A DNA stretch of 61,908 nucleotides, counting the filler, from Candidatus Delongbacteria bacterium (GTDB lineage Bacteria; UBA4055): assembly GCA_016937995.1 (NCBI GenBank). It is 6 parts of 6 records of this genome, joined end to end, with 100 filler letters (N's around TTAATTAATTAA, not from the genome) between each part and the next. Parts side by side here need not be neighbours in the genome. Positions count along the whole stretch, not along the records: positions 27,700 to 32,217 come from JAFGVM010000060.1; positions 32,318 to 46,447 come from JAFGVM010000062.1; 4 more parts are not named here. One strand, 5' to 3'. This document shows, piece by piece, positions 29,301 to 40,400 of this stretch. The position numbers were made by a program, and so were the translations under genes. Under the pieces are notes generated by a model, which ran no database searches, was not told the DNA's origin, and saw only the letters and a program-made list of their open reading frames with translations. Position 1 is the first letter of the stretch; each line of letters opens with the position of its first letter.

Positions 29301-30275
29301 ATGATAGTTGTAACAGGTGGAGCGGGTTTTATTGGATCCGCTATCGTTTGGGGATTGAACCAAAGAGGTATTGACAATATTATAGTCGTAGACAGTTTAA
29401 AAAAAAGTGAAAAATGGAAGAATCTGAGAGGGTTAAAATTTGCCGATTATATTGAGAAAGAAGATTTTATGTACTTTTTAGACAACGGTCTTCTTCCAAA
29501 TACGATATCAAAAGTGATTCATATGGGTGCTTGTTCATCAACTTGGGAGGATGACGCAAGCTATCTTGCTCAAAATAATTATTCATTCACCAAAATTCTT
29601 GCTGAATTTTGCATCGAAAATTCTATTAGATTTATCTATGCTTCAAGTGCTGCAACTTACGGAATGGGAGAAAATGGCTTTCATGACGATGTTAACAACT
29701 TGGAAATATTAAGACCATTGAACATGTATGGTTATTCAAAACAAATGTTCGATATGTATGCAAAGAAAAATAATTACTTCGATAAGATAGCAGGCTTGAA
29801 ATTTTTTAATGTGTTCGGACCTAATGAATACCACAAAGATAATATGACAAGCAAAATGTATAAATCCTATTTCGAAATAAAGGATACTAGAAAAATAAAA
29901 CTTTTCAGATCAAATCATCCTGATTGGAATGATGGAGAATTTGTAAGGGACTTTATATACATTAAAGACGTTGTTAGAATAGTTCTGGAAATACTTGACA
30001 ATCCCGGTGTTAACGGACTTTTCAATATTGGTACAGGAAAGAGCAGAAGCTGGAAAGATCTTTCAACTGCAATGTTCAAGAGTATGGATATTGAACCTAA
30101 CATTGAATATATTGACATGTTCGATCATCTTAAGGGTAAGTATCAGTATTTCACTGAGGCAGATATGAACAAGCTTAAATCAGCCTGTATAAACACTGAA
30201 TGCATGTCGCTAGAGGATTCAATTGATGATTATGTAAAAAATTATCTTATCCCAAATAAATATCTAGGTGATTAA
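29301..30275 (+). CDS. hldD: ADP-L-glycero-D-manno-heptose 6-epimerase
   Basis: TGGAGFIG, HMGACSST, YASSAATYG, PLNMYGYSK, NEYHK and YQYFTEAD motifs. Confidence 0.95.
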   Translation: MIVVTGGAGFIGSAIVWGLNQRGIDNIIVVDSLKKSEKWKNLRGLKFADYIEKEDFMYFLDNGLLPNTISKVIHMGACSSTWEDDASYLAQNNYSFTKILAEFCIENSIRFIYASSAATYGMGENGFHDDVNNLEILRPLNMYGYSKQMFDMYAKKNNYFDKIAGLKFFNVFGPNEYHKDNMTSKMYKSYFEIKDTRKIKLFRSNHPDWNDGEFVRDFIYIKDVVRIVLEILDNPGVNGLFNIGTGKSRSWKDLSTAMFKSMDIEPNIEYIDMFDHLKGKYQYFTEADMNKLKSACINTECMSLEDSIDDYVKNYLIPNKYLGD

Positions 30276-30341
30276 AAAGGCTGGACATAAAATCCGGTCC
30301 TACTTCATCATTGGAAATTCCGAGTTGAATATTGGATATTG

Positions 30342-30521
30342 TTATGTATCGCCACTTACTACACTTTCTCTGGATTTTCTTATAAATTCTAATTTCTCAT
30401 ATTCTTCCTGAGAAATTTCACCCTTTTTTTTCTTTTCAAGGGCTTCAAGTGCATCAAGGAATTCATTATCCATAAAATCATCGAACTGGTCGATCTTCTC
30501 TTTACTTTTTTCTTTACACAT
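30342..30521 (-). CDS. Small charged protein (59 aa, SHOCT-like motif), not in the ORF track
   Basis: MCKEKSKEKIDQFDDFMDNEFLDALEALEKKKKGEISQEEYEKLEFIRKSRESVVSGDT; starts 1 nt after the cdaA stop. Confidence 0.6.
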   Translation of the reverse strand: MCKEKSKEKIDQFDDFMDNEFLDALEALEKKKKGEISQEEYEKLEFIRKSRESVVSGDT

Positions 30522-30522
30522 A

Positions 30523-31284
30523 CTAAATATTCTTAAAAAATCTTGTTATTTTATTTCTGAGAGAATTTTTATCTTCAACATTGAGGAATCTTCCGTTATA
30601 TGCAATTCTAACTTTTCCAGTTTCTTCAGAAATCACTACTATCACAGCATCACTTTCATCGGACAGTCCGATCGCTGCCCTATGCCTTGTACCGAATGAT
30701 GAATCAATTTCTCTTGTAGTTATAGGCAATATACATCTTGCTGCGGATATCATATCATTTATAATTATTACTGCACCGTCATGTAAAGGAGAGCCGGGAT
30801 TGAACATAGTAACGATCAGATCGGCACTGACTTCACTTTTTATTGGAACTCCGGTTTCAATTACATACTTCAGTCCAACATTTTTTTGCAGAACTATCAA
30901 ACCACCGATCCTTTTTTCGGACAGAGCAAATGCTGCATTTGTTATCTCATCGGTCATTGTGTTAGCTTTAATTTTCAGGATCTTTCTAATTATTCTGTTT
31001 TGACCTATTTGTGTTAACAATCTCCTGATCTCAGGTTGAAATAATATAAAAAATGCAAGCCAGAATATTGTAGTGATCGAAGAGAGCAGCCAGGACATTA
31101 TACTTAAGTTTAAAAAATCCGCTATTATACCGATCAAAACCACCGTGAATAATCCCAGGAACATTGTAGTTGCTCTCGAGTCTTTCAACATAGTAAATAA
31201 TTTATAGAACATGGCAGTAAATAATAGAATGTCTGCTAGATCTATTAACGAAAACGAAACAAAACCAATGTTGAAAAGATGCAT
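30523..31284 (-). CDS. cdaA: Membrane-bound diadenylate cyclase
   Basis: Three N-terminal TM helices, FQPEIR, PLHDGA, GTRHRAA and SEETG motifs. Confidence 0.93.
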   Translation of the reverse strand: MHLFNIGFVSFSLIDLADILLFTAMFYKLFTMLKDSRATTMFLGLFTVVLIGIIADFLNLSIMSWLLSSITTIFWLAFFILFQPEIRRLLTQIGQNRIIRKILKIKANTMTDEITNAAFALSEKRIGGLIVLQKNVGLKYVIETGVPIKSEVSADLIVTMFNPGSPLHDGAVIIINDMISAARCILPITTREIDSSFGTRHRAAIGLSDESDAVIVVISEETGKVRIAYNGRFLNVEDKNSLRNKITRFFKNI

Positions 31285-31296
31285 TTTATTCTCTGA

Positions 31297-31956
31297 TCAT
31301 AAATTAATTAAAGGTACTTTTTTACTTTTGTTGATCTTGAAATTCTTGTAGTATTGCGGTTCTATCATCTTATCTTCAATTTCTTTTTCTCTGTTAAGAT
31401 AAGCTATCTTTCCAATATAGTATGCTCTTGGGAAAAATTCACTATAATAATCATTTATTTTTACAACATCTTTCGGGATGTTGCCAACAGTAAGATTCTT
31501 AATATCAATTAATTCTTCATAGCTACCAACGCTGATCTCAGACAGTAATTTAATACCACCCTTGTCTTTTTTATATGATGCAGTGAACATATCTTTCTGC
31601 TTCCCGTCAAGCATCACGGTTATTTTATTTTGATCAAATTGCTCTATTCCTGCAAAAGCAACTGCGTCTATTGACCTGACAGGTAACAATTTTATATTCA
31701 CTGCCAATGCTATTCCTTTCAAAGCAGACATACCAACTCTTAAACCCGTAAAAGATCCCGGGCCTGACCCGACAGCAAGCAGATCAATATCGGTAATTTT
31801 TATACAGTTTGAACTCAATATAGTGTCAATGTTCTTAAATAGCTTCTTATTATGGGAGTATGGAGTTTTATCATTGATCTCCTGTAACAATTCATCATTC
31901 CTCAGTAAAGCCACAGAGCAATATTCAGTCGATGTATCTACCGCTAATATATACAC
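31297..31956 (-). CDS. tsaB: t6A biosynthesis protein TsaB
   Basis: LAVDTST and GPGSFTGLRVG motifs. Confidence 0.93.
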   Translation of the reverse strand: MYILAVDTSTEYCSVALLRNDELLQEINDKTPYSHNKKLFKNIDTILSSNCIKITDIDLLAVGSGPGSFTGLRVGMSALKGIALAVNIKLLPVRSIDAVAFAGIEQFDQNKITVMLDGKQKDMFTASYKKDKGGIKLLSEISVGSYEELIDIKNLTVGNIPKDVVKINDYYSEFFPRAYYIGKIAYLNREKEIEDKMIEPQYYKNFKINKSKKVPLINL

Positions 31957-32217
31957 TTATTCATACCTTTGTATTCTAATTTTTCTTTTGTTCTCATCTA
32001 TTACTTCAATTTTAATATCTAATCTATTTTTTGGTAATTCATCAATAAGCTTTTCAGACCATTCAATAATTGTTACTGAACCTTCCCGTCCTGCAAAGTC
32101 ATAGAACCCTATCTCTGTCAATTCTTCAGTATCTGATATTCGGTATAGATCATAATGGAATATACTGTATTTTTTGCCTGAATACTGGTTTAAGATTATA
32201 TAACTCGGAGAATTTAC
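31957..32217 (-). CDS. tsaE: t6A biosynthesis ATPase TsaE, 5'-partial
   Basis: Manual translation VNSPSYIILNQY...HYDLYRI...IIEWSE; directly upstream of tsaB. Confidence 0.9.
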   Translation of the reverse strand, partial: VNSPSYIILNQYSGKKYSIFHYDLYRISDTEELTEIGFYDFAGREGSVTIIEWSEKLIDELPKNRLDIKIEVIDENKRKIRIQRYE

Positions 32218-32317
32218 NNNNNNNNNNNNNNNNNNNNNNNNNNNNNNNNNNNNNNNNNNNNTTAATTAATTAANNNNNNNNNNNNNNNNNNNNNNNNNNN
32301 NNNNNNNNNNNNNNNNN
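32218..32317. other. Artificial contig linker
   Basis: N-TTAATTAATTAA-N. Confidence 0.98.
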
Positions 32318-32325
32318 CACACATA

Positions 32326-32409
32326 CCCATAACATTGGCAAAACATCAATGGGTTACTTGGATATTTGACTCGCTTAACACCACTGCTTTTTGCCATGAC
32401 CGTTGTGGG
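32326..32409. repeat. attC-like palindromic junction site 1 (84 bp)
   Basis: CCCATAAC-ATTGGCAAAA...TTTTGCCATGACC-GTTGTGGG. Confidence 0.75.
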
Positions 32410-32492
32410 CAATGTGTAATTTGGAAAAACTGATAATACCGGCATATTAAACAGAATAATTAGAAATATAGTCAAATGTAAATTTTATACAT

Positions 32493-33002
32493 TTATTTTT
32501 TTTCTACAATAAGTTTCTTGTGCTTATATACAATTCTGATAAATTCTTTTAATTCTTCTGATTGAGAATCTTTAAAGAATTTCTCTATACTCTTATTGGG
32601 TAAATAGATATAAGCTTTTGCAAAATCTAACTCATATAAACTAATCCCATCTAAAATGAATTTAAATCTTAGATCTACATCATCGGTTTTCTCAAATCCT
32701 TTTTTATAGTACTTATTCAGATAAAACATTTCTATCTCGGATTGAGCTATTTCTTTTAATTGCTCAAACATATCTGAATATGTATTCTTAAAGATAATCT
32801 TTAAATCTTCATCACAATTGAACTTAGTTTTTTTCAAAATAGAGAATTTGTTATCTCTATCTGAATTTGCGATCATTATTTCTCCACTCAATCCTTTTAA
32901 TTCTTTTGAATCATACTTGCCTTTAACAGATAAAAATACGAATACCGTATTGAACAACGATTTGTGATAAAGAATCCTGTATTGGTCTCTTTTATTTGCC
33001 AT
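32493..33002 (-). CDS. Hypothetical protein
   Basis: 169-aa ORF overlapping the end of the upstream frame; GAGG RBS. Confidence 0.7.
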   Translation of the reverse strand: MANKRDQYRILYHKSLFNTVFVFLSVKGKYDSKELKGLSGEIMIANSDRDNKFSILKKTKFNCDEDLKIIFKNTYSDMFEQLKEIAQSEIEMFYLNKYYKKGFEKTDDVDLRFKFILDGISLYELDFAKAYIYLPNKSIEKFFKDSQSEELKEFIRIVYKHKKLIVEKK

Positions 33003-35097
33003 TTACTACCTCACTTTTTTTAATTATTTCTTTCGAACTATTTATGCCTACGACATAATAGAATTTTTTATTTTGTGTTATTGTTGATGTCCAAGTCGTG
33101 TCATTAAAGCTACCACTTGTATCCAATGTGAAATTATTGTACGGGTCATCTGAAGAATATACCTGATAACTATCTGCTCCAGTCACAGAGTTCCAAACCA
33201 GTGTAGTACTCTCAGCTAAATGTTCAATTGAAATTATATTGGGTGCAGACATGTCATCCGATAATATTATAGGATTTCCCGTACTTACAACCTCAGGCTC
33301 AAATCCATACAAAATTGCATTTGCTTTATTATCAAGTATAATTTCGGCATTCCCTTCATATCCAGTTGATGTCTGCATTGCTTTTATATGTAAAGTATTC
33401 CCACTTGTCCAGCTTGTTACGAAATTCCCAAGATTTGCGATTATTACCATTTTTCCGTCAATAATTTCAAGCTTTGAATCTGAATTCGAATCTTTCGATT
33501 GAATCTCATCGGGTCTGCTCTTTATATAGACATCAAATTCTATATCATTTGTATCAATCAGTTCTGTACTGTCATTCGCCTGTAAATGACATATGACTTT
33601 TCTAGGAGTATTCAAAGCTGAAACACTTGATTTTACTTTCTGTAGCTGTTCTTTCTGTTTTGAGTAAATATTATTATCAGGTGGCCACATTTGATCCTGA
33701 TCAACATTCACCATATAGGCATTTGCAACATAGGTATTGTAAACATTATTCCATGATGTACTGTAATCCGAAATATCAAATGATTGGTTTGTTGAATTCC
33801 ATGTAATTACAGAATCACATCCTTGAATACTATCCCCTATTATTTCAGTTGTTGAAAAGTGCGGTTTATTGAATGGCAGCATAACAAGATTCATTCCTGT
33901 TTTCAGGCTAAATACAGCTTGTTCTTCGATATAACCCAATGAAACAAATGAAAAAGAACTATCAGCATTTATAAGATAAGGTTTACTTTCGTCTATATAG
34001 AAATTGTCAATATTTCCAATTTCTGTTAGTGAACTTGTTACCCATATTTTCTCTATATTATCCCAGTAACTTACAGATTCTATCTCTGAATATTTACTAA
34101 TTAAATCACCTGCCTGTGTTAAATCTTCGCCTGAACATAAATTTACTGCTTAAGAAGGTACAGCTAGCCAATTTATTCCTTCCAAACAATCATATTTAAT
34201 TATAGTAACTATATCGCTATAAGTTGTGTCTGCATTAACAATTTCTTGGAGTTTATAAAATTTTCTTGAGGAGGTTACGGATGTACTCCAATTTGTATTG
34301 GAACCACTATATTCAAGAGTCCAGCTACTAAAATCCTGTTCGGGATTATCTGAACTATATAAATTATAGGATGAAGATTTGGCTACACTTGAATAATCGA
34401 AATGAAAATCTACATTACTTCCATTTTCCTCAGGGCTTAAAGAAGTTTTTCGTACAGTTGAATAATTATTGTCGAAGAACTTTGTCAATCCGTTATTTAT
34501 ATAAGTGGCTACCTGTTGCGAACCGATAATTCCTCCTCCGAAAACCATCTGATTCCATCCGTCAATTTCACTTATATAATATGGCTCTACTAAACATACT
34601 GGTATATTTTTACTAGGATCGACAGAGTTCAATACCTCTAAACCTCCTCTCTGACTTATTCCGAAATTAGTAAACCCAATTTTCAATAACTCATGATGTA
34701 TTGCATATGCTAAACTATAACTAATCCACGGTCGGTAATAAATTGTTTTAGTTCCCTGAACCCATGCCCAACTGTTGCTATTAAAATGAATACTAACTGC
34801 TGCATCTGGCTCATATGTATTAATCATTATAGCTCTGTCTCCGTTATCAACATGAGCATCAGTAGTTCTAGTCATTATTACAGTAGCAAGTAAGCTGAGT
34901 AAATTAGTTCGTAGCGTTAAGCCTACCTGTAAATTGATATCTGCTTCATCTGGGTATTCTGTTCCATTTCTACCTAATGCACCTCGGTTTCCAGGTCCTC
35001 CATGTCCAGGGTCTATCAGAATTGTCTGAAACATAACACCCTGAGAAAAAATCAACCCAGTAACAAAAAATACGAGTATGAAAATATAATTCTTCAT
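32992..35097 (-). pseudogene. Secreted N-acetylmuramoyl-L-alanine amidase (Amidase_3) with surface domains, interrupted by an in-frame TAA
   Basis: IDPGHGG, EADIN, SIHFNS and CLVE motifs. ORFs 34150-35097 and 32992-33939 share a frame; the 70 intervening codons are open and the only stop is TAA at 34150-52. Confidence 0.8.
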
Positions 35098-35116
35098 TTT
35101 ACTGCTCCCATTACTT

Positions 35117-36097
35117 TCATAACTTAATCAAATAAATATTCCCGTCATTCATTTCGTAGTACAAAATCATTTTATTATTTGGTGACAGAGTTGGTGAGTA
35201 TTCAAGTTTGTCACTTGTATTTGTTATCTGCTTGAACTTTTTTGAATTAATATCAAATATTGCTATATCGTAGTTTTCAATACTATAATGATTATCTTCT
35301 TCCAAACAGAAAATAATTTTAGTATCATCAAAGCTCCAAGTTGGATTACTACAACTTAATTTCTCATCAAATGGGTGTTTATATTCGCTTTTAATTTTTT
35401 TCTCAATATCCCAAAAACATATTTGATTATAATCTTTGAAAACAATATTATTTTTATTGTATGAAATTTTCGCTGTTACTAGGCTTAATTTAATTTCATC
35501 ACGAATTTCTCCATTCTCATCAATATATTTATCTCCATCAGGTGTTAGTGATACAACAATTCGGTTTTTTTCTTTATTATTCAGTAAATGTGAGTATTCA
35601 CTATTAATTGGTAATATTTTTGATTCGTATTTATAGTTTTTTCTATCAAAAGCTGCAATATACTGCCCCGTTTCAGAATACATCCAAATTGGACTTGTTA
35701 ACCAATCAGATTGAAAAAGTCTTTCAATTGAATAATCTTCAATATTTATGACTGAAATTGATGAAGTCTTTATTCCTTCAATTCTATCTCTAGCAAGAAA
35801 AGCAATGTATTTACTGTCTACAGACCATGTAACAGAATTATAAGTTGTTGCAATATTTAAATTACCAATTTTCTTAAATGCTTTGCCTTTCATATCAGAT
35901 ATATAGATAGAGCCATTTCTTATATACGAGATATATTTACCGTCAGGTGAAAATTTTGGATGTTGGTATGGGTTTTCTTGCGTTCCATCTTTTGTTAATT
36001 GGATACTGCTATATTTTTTAGTATTTACCCCACAACCAGTTATAATTATGCTGATAATTATTGCAAACAGATATAATTTTTTTAAAATTCTAAGCAT
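35117..36097 (-). CDS. TolB-like (PD40) beta-propeller lipoprotein
   Basis: Lipobox ITGC; PKFSPDGKYI, PTWSFDD and PTLSPNN repeats. Confidence 0.85.
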   Translation of the reverse strand: MLRILKKLYLFAIIISIIITGCGVNTKKYSSIQLTKDGTQENPYQHPKFSPDGKYISYIRNGSIYISDMKGKAFKKIGNLNIATTYNSVTWSVDSKYIAFLARDRIEGIKTSSISVINIEDYSIERLFQSDWLTSPIWMYSETGQYIAAFDRKNYKYESKILPINSEYSHLLNNKEKNRIVVSLTPDGDKYIDENGEIRDEIKLSLVTAKISYNKNNIVFKDYNQICFWDIEKKIKSEYKHPFDEKLSCSNPTWSFDDTKIIFCLEEDNHYSIENYDIAIFDINSKKFKQITNTSDKLEYSPTLSPNNKMILYYEMNDGNIYLIKL

Positions 36098-36315
36098 AGC
36101 CCCTTTTTTATTGCTTCTTTATCATGAAAATTACAATAAAACAATATACTGAATATTTTCTTTTTAGTCAATATTTCAAAAATAAATAATTATATGATTT
36201 GACCTGTATTCTTTGCTTGAATAAAGGAACAGAATTTCATATTATTAGGTATGTTATCGATTAATATAAAAATAGATATGCCGGTATTATGAGAAACAGA
36301 GAAATTACACACAGA

Positions 36316-36387
36316 CCCACAACATGGGAAAAATGACACGGCGAGGGGAATGTTATTTGCCGCTCTTTTTTCCCTATCCGTTGTGGG
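36316..36387. repeat. attC-like palindromic junction site 2 (72 bp)
   Basis: CCCACAAC-ATGGGAAAAA...CGGCGA..TTGCCG...TTTTTCCCTATCC-GTTGTGGG. Confidence 0.8.
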
Positions 36388-36582
36388 AAATAGTAATCAG
36401 GAATTCTTGTGGGGGGGGGGAGTCATCTAGAAAAATATGGGATTAATGGTAAATAGAAACATAATAATTTCGTTTGAAAAGGTTAAATTAGGGATTATCT
36501 TTCTGCAATAGGTCAATTCGAAATAAAAATGAGTTTTTATGGAGTTTAGATCAGGTTTTAAATTAAAATATGGAGTTGTGTG

Positions 36583-37425
36583 ATGAATCGTATTTTATAC
36601 TTGTTTGTTCTTGTTTGTTTCACTTTTGGTTATTCAAAAACAATCTACGGTGAATATACTTACACCTACGGAGATGACGAAACTCTGACGACCGCAAAGC
36701 AAAAATGCCAAACTTTAGCCAAAAGAGACGCCGTCGAAAAATTCGCAACTTATATCACAAGTGAAACTGTCATCAGAAATTATCAGACGGAAAGCGACGA
36801 AATAATAGCTAACACAGAAGCTATGATAACAGATGTAAAAACTGTCGAAGAACGAATAGACAAGTCAAATACCACCATTTATTACAAAGTAAGCGCGGAA
36901 GTTGACGAAGAAAAGATCCTCGCGGTGTATAATGAAAGAGAGCGTATAAGGCTCGAGAAGATCGAAGCAGAAAGAAAACTGCAGGCAGACAAACTCGAAG
37001 CTGAAAGGAAAGCAGAAGCCGCCAGAATAGAAGCCGAGAGAAAGGCGCAGGAATTAAAACTTAAAGCCGAAAAGGAAGCTCTGGAAGCCAAACTAAAACA
37101 TGAAAAAGAAATGGCTTCAATAGAACAGGAAACTGAAAAACTTAAACTTTCGCGAGAAATAAATGAGAAGGACAGAAGATTCTGGAAAACTCAAAAATGG
37201 ATTGCGCTCGGAGCATTTGCAGGATCAGCAGCCCTCGGTACCTATTTCAATTTTCAGGGCTCGTCAAATTACGACGACTATAAATCTGCAACAACGACAG
37301 CATCGGCGGATGACCTTTATGATAAAGCTGAAAGCAATTATCTTTACCGGGATGTAACATTCAGCGTATCCGTTCTACCGCTCGGATATTTTTTCTACGC
37401 ATGGTATAAAGAAAGTCAGTATTAA
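36583..37425 (+). CDS. Exported hypothetical protein with coiled-coil linker and hydrophobic C-terminal domain
   Basis: Signal peptide, E/K/A-rich helical segment, aromatic-rich C-terminus. Confidence 0.8.
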   Translation: MNRILYLFVLVCFTFGYSKTIYGEYTYTYGDDETLTTAKQKCQTLAKRDAVEKFATYITSETVIRNYQTESDEIIANTEAMITDVKTVEERIDKSNTTIYYKVSAEVDEEKILAVYNERERIRLEKIEAERKLQADKLEAERKAEAARIEAERKAQELKLKAEKEALEAKLKHEKEMASIEQETEKLKLSREINEKDRRFWKTQKWIALGAFAGSAALGTYFNFQGSSNYDDYKSATTTASADDLYDKAESNYLYRDVTFSVSVLPLGYFFYAWYKESQY

Positions 37426-37443
37426 AAGGAAAGGAAAAGTAAA

Positions 37444-40400
37444 ATGAAAAAATTCTTAGGACTAATAACAATAATAACAGCATTCATAATAATCTGGGCA
37501 TGCTCAGACCTTGAACATTCTAATCCATTTGATTCAAGCTACGGCGATCCGGCTCAGTTAACAAAGCTTGACCTTACGATAGAAAAAATAGACCGCATAA
37601 AGCTCGTCTGGGATGATGATTACTACAGCAAAGATTCAAATTACACTTTCCAGATCGACAGAAAAGTCGGCGAATCCGGCACATGGCAGGAAAAGTATAA
37701 AATATTCAAAAGCAATACTACTTTTTTCACAGACTCGGCAGCAGGCATTAATCAGATGAATTACTACAGAGTAAAAGTGGCTTACGATGAAAATATATCA
37801 GAACCGATTGAGGCCGGAGTGAACAACCCGTTTAATCCGCCGTCAAATATTATAACAAATCGCAAAGACATTCGTACGATTCAGATAAGTTGGGCTGACA
37901 ATTCAAACGGAGAAGATGGCTTCAGGATAGACAGATTTTCTGCAGGTGTCTGGCATGACGGATTTAAGACTGTAGGTCAGAACATAGCATCATGGACTGA
38001 TTCTTCAGCCGTTCTTAACGACAGCATCAGATATAGAGTATGCGGATTTAGAAAAACTTATTCATCTCTTTCAGTCGCAACCCAACTGATAGATAATTTA
38101 GTTCCGGCGCCTTCTAATCTTACAATAAAGCAGAACGATGTCAGCACTTTTGAATTGAACTGGGCAGACAACAGCATAGGCGAAGAAGGCTTTATCATTC
38201 AGAGGAGCATTGACGGAGGCGCATACAGTCAGATAGCGTCTTTACAGGCTAATACAACTACCTATACAGATAATTCGGTCAGCAAGAACAAAAGCCTGAG
38301 CGATGTCAGCTACAGAGTTATGTCTTTTTATGGTACATATCAATCCGATTATGCTGAAACGGCATCAGAAATTGATTTTCCAGCACCGGGTTCGATATCG
38401 TATGAAAAACTTTCAATTTCATCTATAAAGCTGAACTGGTCGGATAACAGCCTTGCAGAAACAGGTTTCAAGATCGAAAAGAAGATCGGGGCCGGCAGCT
38501 GGGCTGAGTATGCGACCGTCGGGGCGAACATAACGACTTGGACTGATACGGCAGCCGAGATAAATCAGAATCTGCAGTACAGGATCTATGGCTATAAAGG
38601 AACGAATACATCTCCGGTAACTGAAAGCTCTGTGATAGATAATGCTTTTCCTGCTCCGTCATCTATAACATATACGAAGATCTCCATTTCTTCGTTAAAA
38701 ATTGACTGGCTCGACAATTCAGTCGGTGAAGACGGCTTTAAGATAGACAGATCTGTTGACGGTACATGGACTACTGCTTATGCAACCGTTGCAGGCAATA
38801 TAAAAACTTATACAGACAGCAACGCTCCGATCAATAAAACCGTTATTTACCGTGTTTACGCATACAAATCATCAAGTGTGTCGGCTTCTGTTTCCACTTT
38901 GTCGATAAACAATACTTTTCCGGCACCTACAAATCCTATTATAACACAGCTTGCTGTCAATTCAGTAAAAATTGACTGGACAGATAATTCTACAGGCGAA
39001 GACGGGTTTAAGATTGATAAAAAGAGCACTACAGGTGTCTGGACTACGGCTTTTGCTTCTGTCGGTGCGAGTATCACAACTTATACAGATACCGCAGCTG
39101 CAATCTCAGACAGCCTGCAATACAGAATTTACGGTTATAAAGGAACAACATATTCAACTTACGCTTATACAAGCGCATCCGACCTTACATTTCCGCCGCC
39201 GACAAATGTAACAGACAGCAGCGTGAGCATTATTTCAATAAAATTGAACTGGGCTGATAACAGCACAGGCGAAACAGGTTTTAAAATTGACAGGTCGGTT
39301 GACGGTGGTGCGTGGGGAATCGCCTATGGTACAGTCGGCGAGAATGTCGTTACATGGACTGATGCCAACGCTCCGATAAATAAAAATATTCAGTACAGAA
39401 TTTACGGTTATACTGCAACTGACGCATCAAGCTATGCTTACTCAAATACGATCGCCAATACTTTTCCGGCTCCGGTTCTAAATACTGTTACTCAACAAAC
39501 AGTAAGCTCTTTCAAGCTTGACTGGTCGGACAATTCAACCGGCGAGGAAGGATTCAAAATCGAGAGAAAAATTGATGATGGTACTTATGCTCAGATAGCT
39601 TCTGTCGGGGCGAATGTAATTACATATACCGACAGCTCGATTAATAAAAAAGGCTACACTACTGTTTACTACAGGATTAGAGCGTTCAAAGGAACTGATT
39701 ATTCAGTTTACAGTGAAAAGACGCAGTTAATTTCTTTTCCTGCACCGACGAATATAAATTATACAAAAACAAGCATCAGTTCTATAACCGTAACTTGGGC
39801 TGACAATTCAAACGGCGAAGACGGTTTCAAGATAGATAAAAAAGTAGGATCTTCTGAATGGATATTAACCTACGGTACCGCATCTGCAAATGCAGTATCT
39901 TGGCTTGATTCAAATGCTGAGCCGAACACATCAATTCAATATAGAGTATATGCCTACAAAGGCAGCAACTCATCAACTGCAAACTACAGCGCAACAATTG
40001 ACAATACATTCCCTGCTCCGCTGAATATTTCAACCGAAAAGCTGACAATATCGTCTATCAAGGTCAATTGGACAGACAATTCAACAGGCGAAACAGGCTT
40101 CATAGTTGACAGAAAAATAGGCGTTGACAGCTGGGCAGCTTACGATACAACCGCGGCAAACGCAGTAACATGGACTGACAATAACGCAGTTATAAATGTA
40201 AATTTACAATACAGGATCAAAGGTTATAAAGACAGCTACTATTCTAATTATCTTGAATCATCTCAGATAAGCAATATCTTCCCGGCTCCCACTAACCTTA
40301 CACTGACTCAGGTAAAATCCAAAACAAAAGCCACTTCAATAAAACTGGACTGGACTGATAATTCCAATGGAGAAGACGGGTTCAAAATCTCAAAAAAAGA

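Larger units (their letters stand above)
32402..36323. mobile_element. Module 1: 3.9-kb cassette-like unit with type A terminal inverted repeats
   Basis: The ends share three inverted blocks: GTTGTGGG, TGTGTAATTT and ATAATACCGGCATAT (32402-32447 vs 36276-36323). Confidence 0.65.

Noticed and set aside
32266-32475. 69-aa minus-strand ORF
   Set aside because: Spans the palindromic site 1 and the N linker.
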